From Macrostomum lignano (lineage: Eukaryota), in NCBI GenBank assembly GCA_002269645.1, contig NIVC01003356.1, positions 38,615 through 102,614 of the forward strand: a DNA stretch of 64,000 nucleotides. The letters run 5' to 3'. Numbering within the stretch: position 1 is the stretch's first letter; each line of letters opens with the position of its first letter. This document shows, one piece after another, positions 12,431 to 25,077 of the stretch. The notes beneath the pieces were generated by a model that was not told the DNA's origin, made no database searches, and was given only the letters and a program-made list of their open reading frames with translations. Position numbers and translations under genes: made by a program.

Positions 12431-13029
12431 GGATACGGAAGAAACTAGATTTGAGAGCAGATTACTGTCAGGATTAACACTAATCCTTTCCCCTCAACCT
12501 TTGACTCTTCCTATCAAGATTGGCTAATAGCCATAAACAAAGTAATCGTGACAAGAACAAAGGCCAAAATGCAGAATAGAATTTCTTCAAGAAAGCAAGC
12601 AATCTTATATCCTTGCTAGCCAATTTGTCATGCAAGTCAAAGCGAGGCAGGGCAAAAGAGAATAAAGGAGGGGGGGATAGTCAGTGATAAAATGTTCTTG
12701 AGTTGTTTTCAGTCGTTAATTCTGCATTGCAAATGTGAACCAGGTGCATCAGGGTTGCTGAAGGATTCAAGGTAATTCAACACTGTTGACTAGAATTGCG
12801 TGCGTCACAGAAGGGAGACAAGACAAATGCTGAATTAATAATTTTCTTCTCAGCCAGTGGCAAGTTCGGCGCCATATCGACTTTCATGGCGAGAAGAAAA
12901 ATGATCTGCGCGTGACGATGCAAAACGAATGATTCGTTCGATAATATTTATTTTCCTTGTTTTAATTGAAATGACAGCGAATGTTACTGTGTGTGTTGAT
13001 TGACCACAGATGTGTTACTCTGGGTTCTG

Positions 13030-15569
13030 TGGCGTCAAGTTGGGGGTCAGTAGCTTCAGTTTGGGTGTCAGTAGCTTCAGTTTGGGTGTCAGTAGCTCCA
13101 GTTTGGGTGTCAGTAGCTCCAGTTTGGGTGTCAGTAGCTCCAGTTTGGGTGTCAGTAGCTTCAGTTTGGGTGTCAGTAGCTCCAGTTTGGGTGTCAGTAG
13201 CTCCAGTTCAAGTGTCAGCAACTTCAGTTTGGGTGTCAGTAGCATCAAGTTGGGTGTCAGTAGCTCCAGTTCATGTGTCAGCAACTTCAGTTTGGGTGTC
13301 AGCAACTTCAGTTTGGGTGTCAGTAGCTCCAGTTCAAGTGTCAGCAACTTCAGTTTGGGTGTCAGTAGCATCAAGTTGGGTGTCAGTAGCATCAATTTTG
13401 GGTGTCAGTAGCATCAATTTTGGGTGTCAGTAGCATCAATTTTGGGTGTCAGTAGCATCAATTTTGGGTGTCAGTAGCATCAAGTTGGGTGTCAGTAGCA
13501 TCAAGTTGGGTGTCAGTAGCGTCAAGTTGGGTGTCAGTAGCATCAAGTTGGGTGTCAGTAGCATCAAGTTGGGTGTCAGTAGCATCAAGTTGGGTGTCAG
13601 TAGCATCAAGTTGGGTGTCAGTAGCATCAAGTTGGGTGTCAGTAGCATCAAGTTGGGTGTCAGTAGCATCAAGTTGGGTGTCAGTAGCATCAAGTTGGGT
13701 GTCAGTAGCATCAAGTTGGGTGTCAGTAGCATCAAGTTGGGTGTCACTTGCGTCAAATTGGGTGTCAGTAGCGTCAAGTTGGGTGTCAGTAGCATCAAGT
13801 TGGGTGTCAGTAGCATCAAGTTGGGTGTCAGTAGCATCAATTTTGGGTGTCAGTAGCATCAATTTTGGGTGTCAGTAGCATCAATTTTGGGTGTCAGTAG
13901 CATCAAGTTGGGTGTCAGTAGCATCAATTTTGGGTGTCAGTAGCATCAAGTTGGGTGTCAGTAGCATCAAGTTGGGTGTCAGTAGCGTCAAGTTGGGTGT
14001 CAGTAGCATCAAGTTGGGTGTCAGTAGCATCAAGTTGGGTGTCAGTAGCATCAAGTTGGGTGTCAGTAGCATCAAGTTGGGTGTCAGTAGCATCAAGTTG
14101 GGTGTCAGTAGCATCAAGTTGGGTGTCAGTAGCATCAAGTTGGGTGTCAGTAGCATCAAGTTGGGTGTCAGTAGCATCAAGTTGGGTGTCACTTGCGTCA
14201 AATTGGGTGTCAGTAGCGTCAAGTTGGGTGTCAGTAGCATCAAGTTGGGTGTCAGTAGCATCAAGTTGGGTGTCAGTAGCATCAATTTTGGGTGTCAGTA
14301 GCATCAATTTTGGGTGTCAGTAGCATCAAGTTGGGTGTCAGTAGCATCAAGTTGGGTGTCAGTAGCGTCAAATTGGGTGTCAGTAGCGTCAAGTTGGGTG
14401 TCAGTAGCATCAAGTTGGGTGTCAGTAGCATCAAGTTGGGTGTCAGTAGCATCAAGTTGGGTGTCAGTAGCATCAAGTTGGGTGTCAGTAGCATCAAGTT
14501 GGGTGTCAGTAGCATCAAGTTGGGTGTCAGTAGCATCAAATTGGGTGTCAGTAGCATCAAATTGGGTGTCAGTAGCATCAAGTTGGGTGTCAGTAGCGTC
14601 AAATTGGGTGTCAGTAGCTCCAGTTTGGGTGTCAGTAGCTTCAAGTTGGGTGTCAGTAGCGTCAAATTGGGTGTCAGTAGCTTCAAGTTGGGTGTCAGTA
14701 GCATCAAATTGGGTGTCAGTAGCATCAAATTGGGTGTCAGTAGCGTCAAGTTGGGTGTCAGTAGCTCCAGTTTGGGTGTCAGTAGCTTCAAGTTGGGTGT
14801 CAGTAGCATCAAATTGGGTGTCAGTAGCATCAAGTTGGGTGTCAGTAGCATCAAATTGGGTGTCAGTAGCGTCAAGTTGGGTGTCAGTAGCATCAAATTG
14901 GGTGTCAGTAGCATCAAATTGGGTGTCAGTAGCTTCAAGTTGGGTGTCAGTAGCGTCAAATTGGGTGTCAGTAGCGTCAAATTGGGTGTCAGTAGCTCCA
15001 GTTTGGGTGTCAGTAGCTTCAAGTTGGGTGTCAGTAGCTCCAGTTTGGGTGTCAGTAGCTTCAAGTTGGGTGTCAGTAGCGTCAAATTGGGTGTCAGTAG
15101 CGTCAAATTGGGTGTCAGTAGCTCCAGTTTGGGTGTCAGTAGCTCCAGTTTGGGTGTCAGTAGCTTCAAGTTGGGTGTCAGTAGCGTCAAATTGGGTGTC
15201 AGTAGCGTCAAATTGGGTGTCAGTAGCATCAAATTGGGTGTCAGTAGCATCAAATTGGGTGTCAGTAGCGTCAAGTTGGGTGTCAGTAGCTCCAGTTTGG
15301 GTGTCAGTAGCTTCAAGTTGGGTGTCAGTAGCGTCAAATTGGGTGTCAGTAGCGTCAAGTTGGGTGTCAGTAGCTCCAGTTTGGGTGTCAGTAGCATCAA
15401 GTTGGGTGTCAGTAGCGTCAAATTGGGTGTCAGTAGCGTCAAGTTGGGTGTCAGTAGCATCAAGTTGGGTGTCAGTAGCGTCAAATTGGGTGTCAGTAGC
15501 GTCAAGTTGGGTGTCAGTAGCATCAAGTTGGGTGTCACTTGCGTCAAATTGGGTGTCAGTAGCGTCAAG
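13030..15569. repeat. 21-bp minisatellite (GGGTGTCAGTAGCATCAAGTT), ~120 copies
   Basis: 7-aa periodic ORFs on both strands, with 22-bp variants and an internal 445-bp duplication. Confidence 0.97.
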
Positions 15570-16069
15570 GCGGATGTATTCTGGAAAAAAGTTAATTAAA
15601 TCAATATGCAGTTGGTACTCGTTTCACGAGAAAGAACCTTTTTTAATTAAATCATTGCATGGGCTTCCATTATTTTTAACCATTTTTCTGCAGTACCGTC
15701 GAAATCTTATAAGTGTAACAAGAGGGTCGCGTTAAATTCGTGCAGATTCTTTTTATACGGCTGCAAAAAGCACTTAAATCCAACAGGAAAAAAAGACCGG
15801 AAGTATATTCTATTTTTTAAAGAGTTATTAAAAATAAGGTACGATATTATTCGGCCTGCTTGTCCTGTTTCTGTGGCAAGCGGCTTGGCAGGCTGGGCGG
15901 ATCTGATTTACCATGCAAAATTTCCACCGAGCTGGGATTGCGGCTGGCTCTTTTGTGTCTTCAGATCCGCGACTCGATCTAGATTTGGGACTCTTGAAGC
16001 TCTTGGAAAGGGTCACCATTATTTTATGCTAGTTCAAGGAGAGGCCAAAGTAAATGCGTTCTATTCCTT

Positions 16070-16280
16070 AATCCATGATATTGGCTAGATTAGCAATCCA
16101 TTCTATTCCTTTATCCATTATGTTGGCTAGATTAGAAATCCATTATATTCCTCCATTAATAATGCTGGCTAGATTAGCAATCCATTCTATTCCTTCATCC
16201 ATGATGCTGGCTAGATTAGCAATCCATTCTATTCCTTCATCCATGATGCTGGCTAGATTAGCAATCCATTCTATTACATT
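16070..16280. repeat. 42-bp tandem repeat (~5 copies)
   Basis: GGCTAGATTAGCAATCCATTCTATTCCTTCATCCATGATGCT units. Confidence 0.9.
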
Positions 16281-16559
16281 CACCAATTATTTAGGTTATA
16301 TTAGCAATGCAATATCTTACTTTTTACACGTAATTTCAAATCAATTGAATTTTTTTCATTGAGTGGTAACGCCTACTGCTTTCTATGACCTTTGGTATAA
16401 CAATTTAAATCGAAATCGTAAACAATGCTAAAGTATTTATGGTGAAAGTTGCATATATAACTTCGAAGTAAAAGGCGGAAGTTAGCTTTCAAACTCCTTC
16501 GTTGTCTTATACTTTTAAAATAGCTTTTGAATGGTCTTCGCTTTTTATGCTGGATAAGA

Positions 16560-17095
16560 CCTCCTTCACCTAACCTGCAACCCTCCTTCACCTAACCTAC
16601 AACCCTCCTTCACCTAACCTACAACCCTCCTTCACCTCCATCATCCTACAACCCTCCTTCACCTAACCTACAACCCTCCTTCACCTAACCTACAACCCTC
16701 CTTCACCTAACCTACAACCCTCCTTCACCTAACCTACAACCCTCCTTCACCTAACCTACAACCCTCCTTCACCTAACCTACAACCCTCCTTCACCTAACC
16801 TACAACCCTCCCTTTACCTAACCTACAACCCTCCTTCACCTAACCTACAACCCTCCTTCACCTAACCTACAACCCTCCTTCATCTAACCTACAACCCTCC
16901 CTTTACCTAACCTACAACCCTCCCTTCACCTAACCTACAACCCTCCTTCATCTAACCTACAACCCTCCCTTTACCTAACCTACAACCCTCCCTTTACCTA
17001 ACCTACAACCCTCCCTTTACCTAACCTACAAACTTATGCCTTCACCTAATCTACAAATCTGCCTCCACCTAATCTACAGCTTAACCTTCACCTAC
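16560..17095. repeat. 22-bp minisatellite (CCTCCTTCACCTAACCTACAAC)
   Basis: Directly visible, about 22 copies. Confidence 0.95.
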
Positions 17096-17215
17096 TGTAA
17101 CTATCCCGAATGTACGTCAATACAAAATAGCAATTGAGAAACAAACACGACAATTTTCAGGTAGCTATGCCTATCGAGGTCAACTTGAAAATAAAGTTCT
17201 CTGCGCCTCCGCATC

Positions 17216-17219
<4 letters not shown>

Positions 17220-17291
<72 letters not shown>
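17220..17291. repeat. (CT)n microsatellite
   Basis: Directly visible. Confidence 0.97.
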
Positions 17292-17294
<3 letters not shown>

Positions 17295-17814
17295 TTCCTG
17301 ACCAGCAGAGATAATTAGATTATGTAATTATTTATCGATCCGCATATATTTTAGGTGGGAACAGCGGTCCCTGTGCAGACTGAAGCGTAGGAATTATATT
17401 TGTATGTATAAATGTATATTTGTTTAGTGTAGTGGATGCTACCTGAGGGTACTGAGGGTAGTATTTAATTTCCATAGCCATAGTTAGCTATGCAGATTGT
17501 AAATTTTGTACAGTATGTTGTTCAATAGAGACTGGACTTATACTGTTTATTCTTAGTAGCTAGCTTTCGCGCTTCTGTGTTACCCATAGCTAATGCAAAG
17601 AATCGCTGTTCACAGGTGTATATGTATAGTATAATAACAGTTAGTTGCTAACATGAATATTTAATCTGATTAAACATTTCCAGTGTTCGTGTGCGTGTGT
17701 GTGCACACAGACGGTTACTCCAGCGCGTTCAACTTTCGGGGTCTACCATTATGTGCAAACTGTCAAAAAAACTTTTTTAACGTGTAACTATAACTCGTGA
17801 AACATTACTGCTTG

Positions 17815-19041
17815 TTACACACGACTGTCAACATTCAAAGCATTGTTAGCATTATCTTTAGCAACTTCTGCTAGCAGCAGCGGCGTTTCGTTAGCATTTT
17901 TAGTTTCCTGTGATAGTTCGGTCGCTCTCTGAACTTTCGACGCGTCCGCAGCGCAGGCTTCTTCGTCGTTGTCCTCCTCTCGCTGTTGCAAAGCCAACTT
18001 TCTAGTGTTACGCTTGGTCGCTCGCCTGTTGGCATTGTTAATGTTGGAGCACTCAGGGGTGACCATCGTGTTGAAGCTGGTTCGAAATCGACCGTCAATT
18101 GGCAGGTAGATTAGAAAGTTGATGGCGTTGTTAGTGTAGGACAGCATTAGTAAGATGTTATTCACTAGAAAGCTGGTGCCTTTGTAGTCAATGAACGAGT
18201 GCGACAGCAGGTAAACGGCACTGGGCATGGTTGTTAGCAGGTGAATTGTGCCCGAGACCAACGCCACCCTGGCTACAGACATTTGCCTCTGCCGACTGTC
18301 CGTCTGACTTCGTTTCCTGGCCGGTGTTAAGATAGACACCGAAGCTACTGACGAGTTCCGATCCACGGATGCTTTCACCGTCTGCGCCATCAGCCTGGCA
18401 TGCTTCCTGATGCTAAAGAAGATGATCAAATTGAATATCAACAGCAGAGAGTCTGGAGCGAAGAAGTTCAAAATACTGTCAGCTACCAAGTAGTACTTGA
18501 AGAAGTTGTCCCGGTACATGCAGCGTCGCGTCTCGTCGGCGTGCCAATCGTGCGACATCAACAGCGGCAAATCTTTGGCGCAGAGAACGGCCAGGATAGC
18601 CAGCAGGACTTTCACCGCATTCCGTTTCGTCATGATGAGTCTGGCTCGCATCGGATAGGTCACTGCTAGAAATCTGTCCAACACGATGAACACCAACACC
18701 CAGGTGGCGAAGTCAACGCACAGATACGTCAGAACGACGTGGCTTAAACAGACTGGATAGCCAAGATCCCGGATGTCAAAGCGAAACGCCTGTTGAATCC
18801 AGTAGCGACCAACGACTAGCAGCAGGACGCAGCTGTCAGCAATCTGCAGGATGATCAGCAGGAAGTGCGTGCTCTCCTTGAACACGTCGCTATTCCAGAA
18901 GATCTTCAGGCTCAGCATGTTGCCAATGGTGCCGAATACGATTATGCATGCTCCGTAGATTGAAGCAATCACTCGAGTCACCAGGTCGCCAAACGGTGCC
19001 GCGTCTGCTAGCAATTCAGTTCCGTTGTTTGTGACGTTCAT
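17815..19041 (-). CDS. Intronless class A (rhodopsin-like) GPCR, probably of the FMRFamide/sex-peptide-receptor-like neuropeptide group, 408 aa
   Basis: Seven hydrophobic segments; GN in TM1 (GTIGN), IAD in TM2, Cys at the start of TM3, DRF (VLDRFLAVTYP), TM7 YTNNAINFLIY. Ligand class is an inference. Confidence 0.92.
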   Translation of the reverse strand: MNVTNNGTELLADAAPFGDLVTRVIASIYGACIIVFGTIGNMLSLKIFWNSDVFKESTHFLLIILQIADSCVLLLVVGRYWIQQAFRFDIRDLGYPVCLSHVVLTYLCVDFATWVLVFIVLDRFLAVTYPMRARLIMTKRNAVKVLLAILAVLCAKDLPLLMSHDWHADETRRCMYRDNFFKYYLVADSILNFFAPDSLLLIFNLIIFFSIRKHARLMAQTVKASVDRNSSVASVSILTPARKRSQTDSRQRQMSVARVALVSGTIHLLTTMPSAVYLLSHSFIDYKGTSFLVNNILLMLSYTNNAINFLIYLPIDGRFRTSFNTMVTPECSNINNANRRATKRNTRKLALQQREEDNDEEACAADASKVQRATELSQETKNANETPLLLAEVAKDNANNALNVDSRV

Positions 19042-19635
19042 TGTTTTTTTAGTTCGTGACGAAAATATCTACTCTTCCTATAGAAGAGCTTTTCTTGCTT
19101 GTCGATCTCGTTATTTAGCTCGTATTTCCAAATCTTTTGCCAATTAGAACTATCCTGAGTCGAACCCAGCCAATCAGAGGACAGACTGCTCTTTCTCCTC
19201 ACGCTTGTTCGGTTTTTAAACTCATATCTAGTTTTGTCTACTTATAGTAATAAAAAACCATAGAAAAGAGCCGGTCGCATGTTGTGCGATTAAAAAATTC
19301 GCTGTTATGATAGCCAGACTTTGAGTGTGTACATGTCTTCCTGTCGATGAGACGATCAGCTAACGCTAGCAGACATTGTCCCACAAGCAGAGCACCACTA
19401 AGGCAGTTCTGCCCCATTCCGCTGACTCCTTAGCGCACACAAGCGCACCAATACTGTGCGCCGGCACGCACTCGTACACAAGCTCACACAGGGTGTACAG
19501 CAGCCCCTTGACTTTATAATCATCAGACATGTACACTCTCTAGATACAGTATCCAAGGCACTACTAACTTGTGACATAAATCTGTCTGCAAACTTCAATT
19601 TTTACAGATCGGAACTTTTGAATTGGTCTGTAAAA

Positions 19636-19754
19636 ATGGCGTCACACCTGCTGCGATCTGCAAAGGGCCTGCTGTGCGACATTTCCGGCGTGCTTTACGA
19701 CCCGGATGGATCAGGCGGCAGACTGATTGAAGGATCCATTGAGGCGGTCAAAAG
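19636..19754 (+). CDS. LHPP: LHPP (HAD-family phospholysine/phosphohistidine inorganic pyrophosphate phosphatase), exon 1 of 4; join(19636..19754,21072..21259,40303..40735,41423..41510) = 275 aa
   Basis: MASHLLRSAKGLLCDISGVLYD contains the LHPP-type HAD motif I (DISGVL). Donor AG|GTAACT, phase 2. Confidence 0.88.
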
Positions 19755-19909
19755 GTAACTGTACAGGAAACCTACGCTCGTACATTGTCTGAGTAGATTT
19801 CAACCCACCTTTGACTGGCCTTAAGTCTTCAGAGACTTAGCCTGTAAGTAAAGAGTAACCCGTAAAATTCTAGGAATATTTTCTGATCTTGTTTTAAGAA
19901 TCGTGCAAA

Positions 19910-20990
19910 ATCTCACCCTGAGAATCACTTTCGAATCTCACCCTGAGAATCACTTTTGAATCTCACCCTGAGAATCACTTTTGAATCTCACCTGGAGAAT
20001 CACTTTTAAATCTCACCCTGAGAATCACTTTTGAATCTCACCCTGAGAATCACTTTTGAATCTCACCCTGAGAATCACTTTCGAATCTCACCCTGAGAAT
20101 CACTTTCGAATCTCACCCTGAGAATCACTTTCGAATCTCACCCTGAGAATCACTTTCGAATCTCACCCTGAGAATCACTTTCGAATCTCACCCTGAGAAT
20201 CACTTTCGAATCTCACCCTGAGAATCACTTTCGAATCTCACCCTGAGAATCACTTTTGAATCTCACCCTGAGAATCACTTTCGAATCTCACCCTAAGAAT
20301 CACACCCATAGCTCACCCTGAGAATCGCTTTCGAATCTCACCCTGAGAATCACTTTTGAATCTCACCCTGAGAATCACTTTTGAATCTCACCCTGAGAAT
20401 CACTTTCGAATCTCACCCTGAGAATCACTTTCGAATCTCACCCTGAGAATCACTTTCGAATCTCACCCTGAGAATCACTTTCGAATTTCACCCTGAGAAT
20501 CACTTTCGAATCTCACCCTAAGAATCACACCCGTAGCTCACCCTGAGAATCGCTTTCGAATCTCACCCTGAGAATCACTCTTGAATCTCACCCTAAGAAT
20601 CACACCCAAATCTCACTCTGAGAATAACACCCAAATCTCACCCTAAGAATTCTCCCCTTGAAAATCACACCCAAATCTCACCCTGAGAATCGCCATTGAA
20701 TCTCACCCTAAGAATAACACTCTACTGGTAATCTCGCCATGAGAGTCGCTTTCGAATCTCACCCTTAGAATCATACCCAAGTCTCACCCTGAAGATTACA
20801 CTCGAATCTCACCCTAAGAATCGCCATGAATTTCACCCTGAGAGTCGCCATTAATCTCACCCTGAGAATCCCTTTCGAATCTCACCCTGAGAATTTCTCA
20901 CCCTGAGAATCCCTTTCGAATCTCACCCTGAGAATCGCACTCGAATCTCATACTGAGAGTCACTCCTGAGTCTCACCGTGAGAATCACTC
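19910..20990 (+). repeat. 25-bp minisatellite (TCTCACCCTGAGAATCACTTTCGAA) in LHPP intron 1
   Basis: About 40 copies; each contains a TCTCA-ccc-TGAGA mini-hairpin. Confidence 0.95.
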
Positions 20991-21071
20991 TGATACATGT
21001 ACATGTTAACCCTGAATTCACATGTATCAATCATAATTAAGCCAAAACTCGCCTTCTGCTTTCCAACCCAG

Positions 21072-21259
21072 ATTGAAAGACGCTCGATTTCCGCTGAAAT
21101 TTGTCACCAACGAGAGTCAGACGACTCGAGCTGGGCTGACGGCAAAGCTTCAACATCTCGGCTTCTCAGTGACGGAGGAGGACATCCTGTCACCAGTGAC
21201 TGCTGTCCGGGCGGTGCTGAAGGAGCGGAATTGGAAAGCTCATCTGCTGGTGCACGAGG
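21072..21259 (+). CDS. LHPP: LHPP exon 2
   Basis: CCCAG| acceptor; RLKDARFPLKFVTNESQ includes HAD motif II (TN); donor G|GTGAG. Phases match exons 1 and 3. Confidence 0.88.
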
Positions 21260-21289
21260 GTGAGATCTTTTGCTGAGATTATGAAGCGA

Positions 21290-21760
21290 TTCGCAGAATG
21301 AGATTCTGTGTGGTTCTCAGAATGAGATTCGGGGCGATTCTCAGGGTGAGATTCGAAAGCGATGGGGTGAGATTCGAGTGTGATTTTCAGGGTGAGATTC
21401 AAAAGGGATTCTCAGGGTGAGATTCGAAAGCGATGGGGTGAGATTCGAGTGTGATTTTCAGGGTGAGATTCAAAAGGGATTCTCAGGGTGAGATTCGAAA
21501 GCGATTCTTAGGGTGAGATTCGAGTGTGATTTTCAGAGTGAGATTCATGGCGATTCTCAGGCTTCTTTGAGGCGATTCTCAGAGTGAGATTCATGGCGAT
21601 TCTCATTCTTCTTTGAGGCGATTCTCAGGGTGAGATTCATGGAGATTCTCAGTATGAGATTCATGGCGATTCTCAGTATGAGATTTATGGCGATTCTCAG
21701 GATAAGACTCATGGATATTCTCAGGTTGAGATTCCATATAATACTCGTAGTTGAGATTCT
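21290..21760 (-). repeat. Same 25-bp minisatellite family in inverted orientation (start of LHPP intron 2)
   Basis: GATTCTCAGGGTGAGATTCGAAAGC is the reverse complement of the intron-1 unit. Confidence 0.9.
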
Positions 21761-22793
21761 GATTGAGATCGTGACTGTTTCAGTATAAATGCGTTTCTTT
21801 TTATTTTGAACAAAATTTTATTGACAATCATTAATCTCTAATATATTATTATCGATTATTAATATGGAAAAAACAATAAATTTACTCAGTGTAAGCATTT
21901 ATCTTTTATTCAATGGTGTACAAGTATATTCTATTTATAACTAATATATATTATAAGTTAAACAAGACGATAATGAACAGGTTACATGCGCCTGACAAAA
22001 CAATATATGACCGTAAAAGTAGCACAGAATGAGCAAATCAATGCGTGCAATTATAACAAAGTTTCTTTAAGTAGCGAGTTACAAAATCGTGCAGCATTTC
22101 ATAGTGCACAAGGCGAAAGAGGCTTTCAAGACGAGCTGAGGGACTTATTTCTTTTTTGGGCCGTCAGAATTTGTCAAATTGGTGTAAAAAAATAAGGTCC
22201 TAAAATGTCTGAACTGTATACTGTTAGTAGTCTGATGGCACAACATGCTTATAAAAGTAATGAAAGCTAAAAATTAAGAAAGTTAATAATAATAATTGAC
22301 ATTTTACTGCGCTGTTTGAAAAATTGGCAGAGAAACTTTTATTTATAACAAATAAAATAACATGGTCAAATAAGCAATATTTTGTTAGCGTCGAACTACA
22401 CTACTGTTTAGATAGAGTAAGTAGTCAGTGGCAGAATTTGCTAATAATGTTTTGTTTGGTGGCATCCTAGATTTTAATAAATAATTAACTACAGAAACGG
22501 CCAAAGTTATTGTTGTGTAACTTGTGCGTGACGTGAGGGAACACGTGAGAAAGACGCACGGCCAGGGGACTTAAAGTTCATTGTGTTCTTATAATTCGCT
22601 AGTATAAATTACAAATTTACAGCACTAGAGTGGGGGGCCTCGTGTTTTAACCGTATTATTGACATCGACAGTGTAAAATTTTATATTTTCAACACCCAGA
22701 CTACCTATCACAGTAAAGCTATATTGTGTTTTCTTGTAGTCTTTTTAAAAGTACTTCTAAAACTTTAAATTGACTTAAATCGAAGACTTTAGT

Positions 22794-23003
22794 TCACTCT
22801 CCATCGGACACTGGCTGCGGTTGGACACCGCAGTGCTGGAAATATTCCTGAGGTCCGCAGCGGACAACATCTTCCATGTTCATGGCGAACCGGTACACGT
22901 AGCGTTTGCCGGTGGTCTTCTCAATGATTCTCTTGTCGTAGTAGTACCGAAGGCCCCTGCTCAGCTTCTCGTAATTCATTTTCGGCTTGTTCTTGCGCTG
23001 GCC
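22794..23003 (-). CDS. ETS1/2-Pointed-class transcription factor, last exon (second half of ETS domain); join(35897..35666,29331..29215,25077..24805,24134..23359,23003..22794) = 535 aa
   Basis: [39 protein letters not shown] closely matches the ETS1/2 recognition region. Acceptor CTCCAG|, phase 0. Confidence 0.95.
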   Translation of the reverse strand, partial: GQRKNKPKMNYEKLSRGLRYYYDKRIIEKTTGKRYVYRFAMNMEDVVRCGPQEYFQHCGVQPQPVSDGE

Positions 23004-23358
23004 CTGGAGTTGATGGAGTGAGTTTAAGAGTGAGTTAAAGTGAGAAATTTCCTTGAGCGGCCATATTCAATTAGCAACAGGCGATTCACACCATGAAGGC
23101 CAACCCTGTACACCCTGTCCCGCTGAAAACGATCCCGTGGCAAGAATTGCTAAAAAAGCCGTTGTAAACAACTTTCTAGTGCCTCTTGTGACTTTTTAAC
23201 GATTCAAACGCGTCTAATGTCACTAAAAGAGGCGACTGTTGCGTCACAAGCGCCTCTCGTGAGTTGTAGTTTGTAGTTTGTAGTTTGCAACGACTCTGCC
23301 CGCAGCCCCTCAAACCCCAGTGACATTCGTTGCCAAGAGAACTATAAAGTCAGCTCAC

Positions 23359-24134
23359 CCAGCGCCTTGCAACTTCGTCCGGATCCTTGAGCTTGAACTC
23401 CCACTGGCCCTGACCGGTCCAGCAGATGTGCCGGTCAGACGCGGGGTTCGACAGTTCTTCAAGCAGGAACTGCCACAGGTGAACCTGGCCACCGCCGCCT
23501 CCGCCACCTCCGGCAGCGCTGCCACCTTCGCTGGTTGGTACTTCACTGGCCGTAGTGGTAGTTCTAGGAGCAGTCGAGGAGCTTCTACTGCCTCGCTGTT
23601 GTACCAGCGGTTGCTGCTGTTGTTGACGCTGTCTTTGATGTGCCTGCTGCTGCTTCGGCTGCGTCTGCTGCTGCTGTTGCTGAATTAATGAATCTAATTG
23701 AGCGAAACCATCAAGTTGCTGCTGCTGCTGCTGCATCATGGTAGCCTCTTTGCCAGAGTTCAGAAGGAACCCATCATCTTGATCGAGTACGTAACCGCGG
23801 TCGTTTATTGTTGAGTAGCAGAAGTACTGTTGCTGCTGGTGCTGATGTTGCTGCTGTTGAACTGTATTAGGAAAGTTATTAGCCATAAAAAGTTCATTGC
23901 ACAGCTGCGTTTCAGTTGGCAGTTCATGACCGATCTGGTAGCCGCCTGGTGGATAGCAGGAGTCGTAGCTGAATAAATCACAGTGACCTTGATGACCTGG
24001 CCACGCTGGCAGTGACTGCTGTTGAGACGGCTGGTACTGCTGAGTCTGCTGCTGCTGCTGCTGCGGCTGGTACTGCTGCGGCTGCATGAGGTGTCTGTGG
24101 TGCAGCTGCAGCTCGGTTGAGTAAGGATCCATTT
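23359..24134 (-). CDS. ETS factor exon 4 (Q-rich region and first half of ETS domain)
   Basis: LWQFLLEEL...[21 protein letters not shown]; acceptor TGCAG|, donor |GTGAG. Confidence 0.92.
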
Positions 24135-24239
24135 CTGCAAAACGTTTGACAAGAAATGTTGTCGTGTTTTTGTTGCTGTATCTGGGATGATTAGTCTGCA
24201 GTCGTAGGGAGTGGGCTAAGAGGAATAAGTGCGATTAAA

Positions 24240-24720
24240 GAGACGTTCTTAAATGATTCTTAGAAATGGATTTGAAAGACGTTTTTTTGAAATAAATCTA
24301 AAGGGTGATTCTTAGAAACAGATCTTAAGGGTGATTCTTAGAAATAAATCTAAATGGTGATTCTTAGAAATAAATCTAAATGGTGATTCTTAGATATAAA
24401 TCTAAAGGGTGATTCTTAGAAATGGATTTGAAGGACGATTCTTAGAAAGGATTAGAAGTGCGATTCTTAGAAAGGATTAGAAGTGCGATTCTTAGAAATA
24501 GATTCGAAGGACGATTCTTAAAAATGGATCTGAAGGGTGATTCTTAGAAATAGATTTAAGGTTGATTCTTAGAAATTATTTGAACGACGATTCTTAGAAA
24601 TGGATTTGAAGGGCTAGAAAAACATTAGAAAGACGATCCTAGGAAAATATTGAATGGTTTATTCTTAAAGACAATTTAAAGGGGCAATTCCTAAAAACAC
24701 ATGTAGAAGACGATTCAAAA
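24240..24720. repeat. Degenerate ~26-bp repeat (GATTCTTAGAAAT..ATTT.AAGGGT)
   Basis: Periodic TTCTTAGAAA motifs inside an ETS intron. Confidence 0.8.
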
Positions 24721-24804
24721 GGCGATTGTTATAATAAATAAAATTTATTATCTTAAACCAGCGAAACTAAAGACATGATAAAATAGATAAAAATACTTAT
24801 TCAC

Positions 24805-25077
24805 CTTGCATAAAACCATCAGTACTGCTACTCCACCAGCTTCCATTGTTATAATCCGGATGATGCTGCACATGTTGCTGCTGTTGCTGTTGCTGGTACA
24901 TGCCTTCTGCTCCGCCTCCACCACCACCGCTACCGAAGTCAGCCTGCAGAGGAATTTCCTCTTTCTGAATCGATTCAGAAGTCAGCAACAATCCCGAGTC
25001 CGAGTCCTGAGCATCTCCGCTTGTTGCGGCGGCGACTTCTTGACGACTGTCGTTTGAAGATTTCGCCGGCTCAGCAA
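24805..25077 (-). CDS. ETS factor exon 3
   Basis: Open Q/G-rich frame; acceptor TGTCAG|, donor G|GTGAAT. Phase 1 on both sides fits the neighbouring exons. Confidence 0.75.

Noticed and set aside
12981-15735. Multiple ORFs with 7-aa periodicity
   Set aside because: 21-bp satellite read-through on both strands.
15828-16019. Short ORF near an ACCGGAAGT motif (15796-15804) as a possible exon or promoter
   Set aside because: No recognisable homology, no partner exons, and a single motif is not informative.
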